A stretch of 64,000 nucleotides of DNA from Candidatus Marinacidobacterium sp. (GTDB lineage: Bacteria > Acidobacteriota > Vicinamibacteria > Marinacidobacterales > Marinacidobacteraceae), in assembly GCA_965262645.1 (NCBI GenBank), contig CBDHFO010000017.1:1784582-1848581 (forward strand), in the 5' to 3' direction. The position numbers were made by a program, and so were the translations under genes. A model generated the notes under the pieces. It saw only the letters and a list, made by a program, of their open reading frames with translations, had not been told where the DNA came from and did no database searches. Positions within the stretch are counted from its first letter, which is position 1, and each line of letters begins with the position of its first letter. Of the stretch, positions 28,311-37,042 are shown one piece after another.

Positions 28311-28648
28311 GTCAGGCCCGCACTCACGGCCGACACGCCCGTTCCTGTAAGCCGTTCAGTGTTTCCTGTTGAAACGGACCGCAATCGGCCTGTGAGCCAA
28401 CCCGCCCAGATGGAAGTGGGTCGCATCCCGGACGCGAGCACCTTTGGGAGCCGCTGGCCATCTTGTTGAGTCACTGGACGCGGGACTTGATCGCCCAGAC
28501 GCGCGACACGCAGACCGCGAGCGCGGAGTGTAGCCAACTTCGACTGCTGCCTAGCTTCTTTTGCCACAGATGCTGCCGCTCCCGGGCCAGTCTCTCCGGA
28601 CAGTACAAGCTTCCGGTTCTCGTTCCGAAGCCTGTTCACCAGCGTCAC
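28307..28648 (-). CDS. possible small ORF coupled (ATGA) to the HEPN-like gene
   Basis: GTG start. The stop overlaps the ATG at 28310. The sequence is Arg/Ala/Gly-rich and low-complexity, so it may be spurious. Confidence 0.25.
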   Translation of the reverse strand: MTLVNRLRNENRKLVLSGETGPGAAASVAKEARQQSKLATLRARGLRVARLGDQVPRPVTQQDGQRLPKVLASGMRPTSIWAGWLTGRLRSVSTGNTERLTGTGVSAVSAGLT

Positions 28649-28717
28649 AACCCTACGCCACCTCTCGAAGGAACTCTACGGGAGCGCATTTCCCAGACGA
28701 GGACACGCCACGCCAAT

Positions 28718-30496
28718 TCATGGTGCGACAAAGTCGGCCAGTCTATTCAAAAGATCCCGCATCTCGGTGGGGACTTCGTCGCGGCACATAGCGTCGATTA
28801 TGCCGGTCGGAGTGACGCTGATTCCGTAGCTCTCCTGCAGGTGTTGGTTAACTGCCGCTAGGGCTTCCTTGGCTGGAACCAGCTCCAGTCTTCGCTGTTC
28901 ACCGGCTGCCCAATCGGCCCGAAATGCCTCCACTGCCTCCTGGGTAGTCGTGGCATCTGCCTGCCTGCGATTTGAAGCTAGAACGAACTTTCGGCGGAAT
29001 GCGATGAATTGAGCTTCTACGTACGTCTCCTTCTCTTCCGCGAAGGCATTCAGGATTTGGGAACACTCGTCTACGTACTCCGTTTTCGTGCCCGTTCGCC
29101 GTATACGCTCGGCACATCGCGCGCGTGCAGCTCGATCAATAGCCTCAGGGACAAGCAAGAAGCTCTCTAACTCCTTACAACTGTGTATTGCGACAAGATC
29201 GCAATACTCCGCGCCACGTTGACGGATTTGGTTGCATTCCAAGTCGGACCGATAATCCCTGTCTAGCACAACGGCAGCGCGAACATCACATCCGAGTGCG
29301 AGCTCAAACCCATCCTTCAGAATCCGAGCTCGGTCCGGATTAAAGCCCTTCATCGGGACCACGGCAAATCCCGTGCGGTAGCCCAAGTCCTTCAGCCCGA
29401 GCTTGCGTGCGTATCTTGCGAGTATCTGAAAGTCCGTGCCCTCCACAAACACAACCCGACGAGTCTTCGCCAATTGCGTAAGCGTCGGATTCAGAGTTGA
29501 TCCGAGGCTCGAGAACACTTCGGCTAGATGCGTCGGTTCATGGATTCGTTTGGCCTGCTTCCTGCCCTTGTCTATCAGGACGAGCTCGCCCTCACCGGCC
29601 TCGGAAATGATCTCCGTTGAGTGAGTCGCGATCAGTACGTAGGGACCCAATTCGGCGAGTATGCTCAGCAGTTTTCGCTGAAGGTCGGAGTGTAGGTATA
29701 TGTCTGGCTCGTCGATCAGGAAGATGGAGGAGTACTTGGACTTGACGACGTGCGTGAGCATCTGGCACCAGACCTGAAACCCGAATCCTGTCCAACCGAT
29801 CTCTCGCGTAATTCGATCTTCGGTACAGAACATGTGGATCATCGGTTTCTCAAGCAATCTGGCGGGCTCCGGTGGTCCGATGTTCATCCCAGGCCATGTC
29901 TCCCGGAGCGCGCTTTGAAACCACTCAAAATCCCGGGGATAGTGGAGCCAAATGTTTCTGAAATTGCGGGCTGCGCGGTAATTGAACAAGGCGAGACGCG
30001 CGGTCTCCTTCTCATATAGGCGCTCGTCTTGCTCGACGGGGCCGAGAATGGGGACAAATCCGATCGGGCAGTTGAAGGAGGATCTGAACTGGCTAGGGGA
30101 CCGAACCTGTTTCTTTGGATCGTCGACAAACAGATGGCACTTTTCGGTTTCGGGGAAATACAGCACGAGTCGCTTGCCACCCGTGAGCGAAAAAGTGACG
30201 GATGCACGTTTGGATTCGTGGTAGTTGAAAAAGATGTTCTCGTCGCCGACTGAAAGTGCTTTTAGATCCACTGAATAGCCGAATCGGAGACCGTCGAGTC
30301 CTTCGACTAGTTCAGCTTTGCGTGCGTTGGCCTTCCGGATGCCTTCGGCGAGTATTCGAAATGCAGCGAGAACTGTTGATTTCCCGGCGTTGTTTGGCCC
30401 CACCATTATGTTGATGTGCCGCAGGTGCAGAGTGAATGCTTCGAACGCCTTGAATCGCTTGAAGGCTACTTTGGTGTATCGCAGAAGATCAGACAT
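28718..30496 (-). CDS. OLD-family / DUF4435-type ABC ATPase-Toprim nuclease
   Basis: Walker A GPNNAGKST. Walker B IFLIDEPDIYLH. LIATHSTEII. C-terminal Toprim-like VVFVEGTDFQIL and AAVVLDRDYRSD (E...DxD). Starts 12 nt after the methyltransferase stop. Confidence 0.8.
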   Translation of the reverse strand: MSDLLRYTKVAFKRFKAFEAFTLHLRHINIMVGPNNAGKSTVLAAFRILAEGIRKANARKAELVEGLDGLRFGYSVDLKALSVGDENIFFNYHESKRASVTFSLTGGKRLVLYFPETEKCHLFVDDPKKQVRSPSQFRSSFNCPIGFVPILGPVEQDERLYEKETARLALFNYRAARNFRNIWLHYPRDFEWFQSALRETWPGMNIGPPEPARLLEKPMIHMFCTEDRITREIGWTGFGFQVWCQMLTHVVKSKYSSIFLIDEPDIYLHSDLQRKLLSILAELGPYVLIATHSTEIISEAGEGELVLIDKGRKQAKRIHEPTHLAEVFSSLGSTLNPTLTQLAKTRRVVFVEGTDFQILARYARKLGLKDLGYRTGFAVVPMKGFNPDRARILKDGFELALGCDVRAAVVLDRDYRSDLECNQIRQRGAEYCDLVAIHSCKELESFLLVPEAIDRAARARCAERIRRTGTKTEYVDECSQILNAFAEEKETYVEAQFIAFRRKFVLASNRRQADATTTQEAVEAFRADWAAGEQRRLELVPAKEALAAVNQHLQESYGISVTPTGIIDAMCRDEVPTEMRDLLNRLADFVAP

Positions 30497-33400
30497 CGTC
30501 GAAGGGTGTCAAGGAAGGCGATCCAGGAACATGGACCAAGCTGTGCGGTAGTCGTCCTCGCGGTTGGGGCGAGTGAAGGGGGCTTCGTAGGTGATGGTGC
30601 GCTCGTGGGGGCCGGTGGGGAGGGTGTCGTCGAGGATGGTGCGGGTGATGGTGGCGTCGGGGAGGTCGCGGATGTCCTCCCAGCCGAGGGAGAGGTTGGT
30701 TCGGGTGGAGGTCGGCGTCTGGAGGGTGTAGGAGGTGTCCTTGGGGTTGGCCTTGCGGGGGAGCCCGACGCCGGGCAGGCCCTTGGAAGCGGTGAAGACG
30801 ATGCGGCCGGTGGCGTCGTACCAGGTGTCGGCTTCGTATTGGCGGAGGACGGGAAACTGGATGCGGTAGATGGTGAGGAGTTCGTCGACGGTGAGGCCGA
30901 GGGCCATGGCGGAGAGTACGTCAATCTCGACGAGGGCTTGGCGGCGGGCGTAATCGGTGCGGAGGGCGACGTCGCGATGCCATTCGGACGTGAGACCGGA
31001 GAAGAAGTCGGGCGGCAGCCGCGGATCGGCCTTGCTCCAGGCGTCGCGGCGAAAGGCGTCAATATGGCGTTCTTCGGAGGCTGCACCGAGTCCGGCGAGG
31101 TGAGCAGCGCAGATCTCCCGCCAGAGATCGGCGTAGTGCGTGGTCAGACAGGAAAGAGATAACGCGCGTACCCGAAGGCTGAGGCGAACACGGCGTCCTA
31201 GATCAGCCCTCAGGACGGGTAGTTGGACGAGTCGAGATGGCCACAAGTCGCTGGTTCCGCTGATCTTGACCAAGAAATCAAGTGGTATGCATTGGGTTAT
31301 GGCCATGAAGTCGACCGCACATGCATTCTTCCGGAATGTAGTTGCCAGAAGTGTGTTGATCGAGGAGGAGGAAGGGATAGCCAGAGCGGTTACCAGCGTC
31401 CTTTCCCGCTCAGAGTTGATCATTCGGCGACTGATCACACGGTAGTAATCGGTAATCGGCCGCGCTGCCTGTTGCCCTGGTTCAATCCAACTAACTCGTG
31501 GCGTTCTCGCGGCGTACTCGGCGGGGACACACGCGGGGACGTAGTTTGTCCGGGGCAGGTAGTTATCGGGCAGTGCCGTAAGGTCCAAGGCATCGTAATC
31601 GCTGTTGAGCGTGCAGCGCCTCCGTGGCGTCTTGTTGAAGGGATTGCCGACAAAGAAATGAGGCCCCGAGAGCACCAGAGTGCCTGGACGCTCCGCGAAA
31701 CGCGTCTCTCGCCGGATGGTCCCATCCCGTTGAGACACAGATTCGTGCCAGTGCGCGCTGATTGTGATGTTGCCTGTTAGATCTCCCAGACGGTGTTCGT
31801 GAGCGGCCAGTTTCTTCAGAACACCAAGCAGCACATCTGCGTGTAGGGCCAGTAGGCGCGCTTCCGTTGCCGGTACGTCGGTATCGCTGGATAGCGCTGC
31901 GAAGATCCTTAGCGCCGCCCTATCCACTGTGATCACGCGGGCCCGATGCCCGGCCTGGTTCCACTGACCGTTGTTGTCCCTGAGCCCGGGTGCTAGACCG
32001 CTCCCGTCGTGTTCGAGACAGGCATCCACCGTTGTCGGGGCGTAAAGGTTGGCGATATGGATGAACTCGGGGGATGACAGCGAGCGGCCATACACATTGA
32101 CGCTGAATGTGGTGTGGTGATGCACCTCGGAGAACAGCCGTTTCTCGTTCTGAAACTGGAAGTGCGAGCGCAGACGTGGGTAAAGCCCCGCGCGGAACTC
32201 TCCGCCCTTCGGGTCGTCGTACACGCCCTCGGGATGGAGGAAGCCGGCAACGCCGCGATCGCTTCCGATCATCCAACCTTGTGGCAGGAAGCACTTGAAC
32301 AGGTTGGTCTGCTGTCCTGTCAACAGGGGGTAGTTTTGGCCCGAGTTCAGAAACGCCTGCGTCGCCTCCGCCTCCTCGACTTCCCCAATCCACGCATCCC
32401 TTAGCCCCTTATGGCGGTCGAACGCCGCCGCGCGCTGCTTCGACAACTCCGCCGCCGGTAGCGTCCGCAGCGCAAACGCCGGGTTCCGCTCCCCCAGTAC
32501 TCCGCGTTCCTCCCACTCCACCTTGATCCACGGCGGGTTCCCCAGCACCAGATCGAACCCGCCTCGCGCCTTGCCATCCTGTCCCGCCCCGTAAAACAGG
32601 TCCGCGAACGCCAGCTCCCAGTGATGGAACCGGCGCTGCCGCGCGAGCTCGTCCACGAACCGGAGCCTCGGGAACTGCTCGAACAGCTTCTCCAGGTCCA
32701 GCATCCCGACCTCGTCCGTGATCCGCTGCGCGATGTCCGCCGCGTGCTCGGCGTCGGCGTAGTCGTCCCCGAACAGGCTCCGCACCTGCGTTCCGACCTC
32801 CGGGTGGTACACCGATCCGGTCAGCACCAGGCTCACCTCGTTCAGGAAGTCCTGCCGGCTCGGCAACCGCTCGGACTCGCGGACCGGCCAGAACCAGAGC
32901 GCGCACCAGTAGTCCATCACCAGCTTCAGCCGCCGGTAGGGGCTGGCCGTCCGCGTCCCCTCGCTCAGCACCCCCTGGGCGCGGATGCGGTCCTTCCACG
33001 CATTCGAGGTCGCCTTCCCGGCCGGAGCGCCGTCCCGGCCCCACACCGGAAGCGGGTCCTCCGTCTCCCGGTGGTCCCCGCCGAGCTGCTCCGTCTGGAG
33101 CGCCCACAGCTTGTCCACCTGATCCGACAGCGACTCCAGTTCCTCGATCTCGCCCTCGTCGAACCCTCGGACGAACTCCTTGCGCCACATGGCCATCCGC
33201 TTGAAGTGTTCCGGCTCCAGCGCCTTCGCGTCCTTGTTCCGGTACGCCGCCATCCCCGGGTCCGGGAGCAGGAAGTGATAGACCGAGCCCGGCGGACGCC
33301 GCATCTCCTGGTTCAGCGCGGGCGGCACCCGCTCCGGGGCCTCGGCATACCAGAGGTCCGCCTTCCGCGCCGGGCGGAGCCGGTCGGCCGGGTACACCTG

Positions 33401-35094
33401 CCGCCGCGCGCCGATCAGCGAGTTCCCAACGACGAGCTGGAAACCGAACCACGGGACGTGGCCATCCTTGTGGATGCAGTTCAGCCACAGCGAGATCTCG
33501 GCCAGTTCCACCGCCACCGGGTTCAGGTCCACGCCGTACACGTTGCGGTCGGCGATGTAGTGCCGCACCTTCTGCAGCTCGTCGGCGTAGTCCGCGTGGG
33601 GGATGCGCTTGCCGAGTTCCCGTTGCCGCCGCTCCAGGTAGCGCTCCGCGAGCTGGTTCACGGCCTCGTTCAGGAACGCGGCGGACCCCATCGCCGGCTC
33701 GCAGATCGTGAGGTCGAGGATGCGCTCGGCGGGCATGTCGTCGGGGATCAGTTCCTTCAGCGAGTACTTGACGACGCAGCGGGTCAGCGATTCGGGGGTG
33801 TAGTAGCTGGCCGACTTCTTCCGGTCCCGCCCGGCGAGCCGGTAGATGAAGCGGCCCTGCCGGTGGACGCGGAGCGTCTTCCGCCCGTGCTCGTCCCGGT
33901 CGTACACCCGCTCGGCCTCGTCGTACTGGTGGAGGTCGCGGGCCGGGACGAACCAGGCGTTCTTCAGGTCGTCCGGGTCGTCCTTCGCCTTCTTGACTTC
34001 GTAGAGGTCCTCCTCCGCGAAGAACCCGCGGTAGGACAGCAGCGCCTCATAGACCGCGCCGAGCTGGTTGATGCCGAGCTGGGCGTAGGAGATGCGTCCG
34101 CGCCGGCCCCGGCGTCCGCGCGCCGGACGGCTCAGCGACATCAGCCGGATGACCGGCTGCAGCACCCGGTTCCGCAGCTTCACCTTGTCGAGCAGCGGCG
34201 TGGCGCCCTCCCGGAACAGGGCGCTGTCGAGCTTGCGGATGTGGAAGGCGTCCTGGCCGTAGCGGAGCTTTCCGGACGCCCCCTCGAAACCGTCCCGGAT
34301 CAGCCGGAAGAGCAACTGGATGGAGTCGTGGAGGTAGAAGCCGTCGAGCGCCTCCTCGCTGTGGAGCGGGACCATTTCGAGGTCGCGCAGACGCTCCAGG
34401 CTGTAGCCCATGCGGTAAGCGTCCGCGTTCATCGGCGCGTAGCCGAGGTCCGGGCGGGCCTCGATGTAGAAGAGGAACAGCAGTCGGTACATGTACCGGA
34501 GGCATTCGAGCCCGAGCTCTCCCGCCAGTTCGTCGTCGAGGTCGTACACCTTGTCCTTGCGGACCTCGCGCAGGTAGCGGATCGCTTCGTTCCCGATCGC
34601 TTCGATGGCCTCCCGGAGGGCGTACTTCAGGTCCTCGGAAACCGCGAAGGCGTGCTTGTGGCTGTTCTCGTCGAGGCGATCGAGGAGGCTCTGGCCGTCG
34701 GGCGGCAGGAGGGAGTCCCGGTGCAGCAGCGCCGCCGTCGCCTTCAGGGTGGCGTCCTCGCCGCGGCCGAGAATCTCGTCGAGGTCGAAGCGGAGCAGCC
34801 GGTTGTGCGTCCACTTCCCCCGCTCGATCAGCAGGATGCGGTCGAAGGTGAGCAAGAGCACCCAGCGCGGCGGGTAGTCCCGCCCGAAGACGCCGCGCGT
34901 GATCACTTCGTTCCAGGTGGCGTCGAGCAGTTCCTTCGGCGGCGGCGCCTCCCCGTCGAACTGCGTCGGGTGCGGGTGCAGGGTGAGCGGATCGTCGCCT
35001 TCGCCCTCCGTGTCGAGCGCGTCGAGCACGAAGAGCTGCGCCGACCCGTCCCGGAAGCCGTCCGCGCCGAGCGCCGGCAGCGGGTTGCCGTCGT

Positions 35095-35098
35095 CTAG
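35095..35098. repeat. target-site duplication CTAG (left copy)
   Basis: CTAG directly abuts the IS inverted repeat. Identical CTAG at 36738-36741. The duplication could be read as CTAGGAG, because the IR begins with GAG. Confidence 0.7.
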
Positions 35099-36737
35099 GA
35101 GTCTGCGCCGCAGGAAGTCGTTTCACTGGCGGATTTGACGTGGCGGCGCGTTTGTGATGGGGTGGTGATGTTCATATAAGTCTTTGATATAGTGTGTTTT
35201 ATGCTGGCTCGGATGAGCTGGGTCGAGTTGGAGGAGCAAGGCATGCCGACGAGATTTCGAGCGTATCAGCCGGATCAGATCCTGCTGCTGCCGCCGAAGC
35301 TGAAGGACTGGGTTCCCGAGGGGCACTTGGCGCACCAGGTGAGCGACGTGGTGGACAAGCTGGATCTTTCGGCGTTTTACGCTCCGTATGAGGGGGACGG
35401 CCGTCGGAACGCGCCGTATTCGCCGGCGATGATGGTGAAGGTGTTGATCTACGGGTATGCGACGGGGGTGTTTTCGTCGCGGGGGATCGCGCGGAAGTTG
35501 GAGGAGGATGTGGCGTTTCGGATGCTGGGGGCGGGGAACTTTCCGAAGCATCGGACGGTCTGCGAGTTTCGGTGGCGTCATCTGAAGGATTTCCGGAAGT
35601 TGTTTTGTGAGGTGGTTCGGGTGTCGCGTGAGATGGGGTTGGTTCGCTTCGGGACGCTATCGATCGACGGGACGAAGGTTCGGGCGAACGCGAGCAAGCG
35701 GAAGGCGATGAGTTACGACCGGCTGGTTCAGGAGGAGGCGCGGCTTCGGGAGGAGATCGCGGGTTTGACGTCGACGGCGGCGCGGGTGGACGGGGAGGAG
35801 GACGCACGCTTGGGGAAGGAGGTGCGAGGCGACGAGTTGCCGGAGGAGTTGCGTCGGCGGGAGGATCGGCTGCAGGCGATCGAGGCGGCGCGGGAGCGAC
35901 TGGAGGCGGCGCAGCGTCGGGCGGACGATGAGCGGGGGCGGCAGCCGGGGCAGGATCGCCCGGCGAAAGGCGGGAGCCCCTACAAGCGCCAGTACGGCGA
36001 GCCGGAACCGAAGGCGCAGAGCAACTTCACGGACCCTCAGAGTCGGATCATGAAGACGAGCACGGAGGGCTTCCAGCAGAGCTACAACGCGCAGACGGCG
36101 GTGGATGACGCGCACCAGATCGTGGTGGGGGCGAACGTGGGAGCGGGGGCCAACGATGTGGAGCAGTTGCTTCCCATGCTGGACGCGGTGGAGGAGACCC
36201 TGGGCGCGCCGCCGGCGGAGGTTCTGGCGGATGCGGGATACGCCAGCGAGGCGAACCTTCGGGAGTTGGAGGAGCGCGGCATCGCGGGGTATGTGGCGCT
36301 CGGTCGGGAGGGGAAGAAGCGGGCGGCGGTGGACCCGGCGAAACGCCCGGCGACGGATCGGATGAAGAAGAAGCTGGAGACGGAGGCGGGCCGCGCCCGC
36401 TACGCCCGCCGGAAGTGGCTGTCCGAAGCGCCGAACGGCTGGATCAAGGAGGTGCTTGGTTTTCGCCGCTTCAGCTTCCGGGGTCTCGCGAAAGTGCAGG
36501 CCGAGTGGAACCTGGTGTGCCTGGCCGTGAACATCAAGCGGATCGGAGCGCTCACAACCGCCTGATGGGACTCCCCGAAACCGCTCGCCGCGGGTCCCAA
36601 CCGGGAATACGCCGCGTTGGCGCCGTTTCGGCCACTCCCAACCGGTCGCTGGCCCCGAGGTCACGCCAAAATCCGAATTCCGCGCTCGTTCCGAACGTAT
36701 CTACGCCCCATCCGCACAACTCCTGCGACGCAGGCTC
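35099..36737 (+). mobile_element. IS element, IS1182/IS5-like, about 1.64 kb
   Basis: Terminal inverted repeats GAGTCTGCGCCGCAGGAAGT (left) and the reverse complement of the right end, GAGCCTGCGTCGCAGGAGTT (16/20 matches). Single transposase ORF. CTAG duplication. Confidence 0.85.
35243..36565 (+). CDS. IS1182-family (IS4/IS5 superfamily DDE) transposase
   Basis: MPTRFRAYQPDQILLLPPKLKDWVPEGHLAHQV...YSPAMMVKVLIYGYATGVFSSRGIA...LSIDGTKVRANAS...ADAGYASEANL. GGAGGAG lies 7 nt upstream of the ATG at 35243. Confidence 0.85.
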   Translation: MPTRFRAYQPDQILLLPPKLKDWVPEGHLAHQVSDVVDKLDLSAFYAPYEGDGRRNAPYSPAMMVKVLIYGYATGVFSSRGIARKLEEDVAFRMLGAGNFPKHRTVCEFRWRHLKDFRKLFCEVVRVSREMGLVRFGTLSIDGTKVRANASKRKAMSYDRLVQEEARLREEIAGLTSTAARVDGEEDARLGKEVRGDELPEELRRREDRLQAIEAARERLEAAQRRADDERGRQPGQDRPAKGGSPYKRQYGEPEPKAQSNFTDPQSRIMKTSTEGFQQSYNAQTAVDDAHQIVVGANVGAGANDVEQLLPMLDAVEETLGAPPAEVLADAGYASEANLRELEERGIAGYVALGREGKKRAAVDPAKRPATDRMKKKLETEAGRARYARRKWLSEAPNGWIKEVLGFRRFSFRGLAKVQAEWNLVCLAVNIKRIGALTTA

Positions 36738-36741
36738 CTAG
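36738..36741. repeat. target-site duplication CTAG (right copy)
   Basis: See 35095-35098. Confidence 0.7.
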
Positions 36742-37042
36742 GAGGTGGTCGCCCGGATGCCAGCCGTGGCCGAGCGGGTAGAGGATCTTGCGGAGCCAGT
36801 CCCGTTGCAGCTTCAGTCGGGACTCGGGACGGCGTTCCCGCTGGTACTCGGCGCGGCGTCGCCGGTATTCGCCGGCGAGCGCTCGCAGCCGCTCGTACGG
36901 GGGCTTGTCGCCGTTCGCGGCGTCCTTGCGCCAGGCGTCGGTGGTCTCGCCGATGTCACGGCTGAAGATCTCGGAAAGGTAGTGGTGGCTGTAGAACTCG
37001 TTCTCGTTGTGGATGCCGACGAACGCGGCCGCCGGCTTCGAA

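Noticed and set aside
12249-30496. Gabija (GajA OLD-type ATPase plus GajB UvrD-like helicase).
   Set aside because: Both domain types exist in the window, but the genes are about 14 kb apart in different transcription units. The UvrD-like gene is translationally coupled to the DUF1998 helicase instead.
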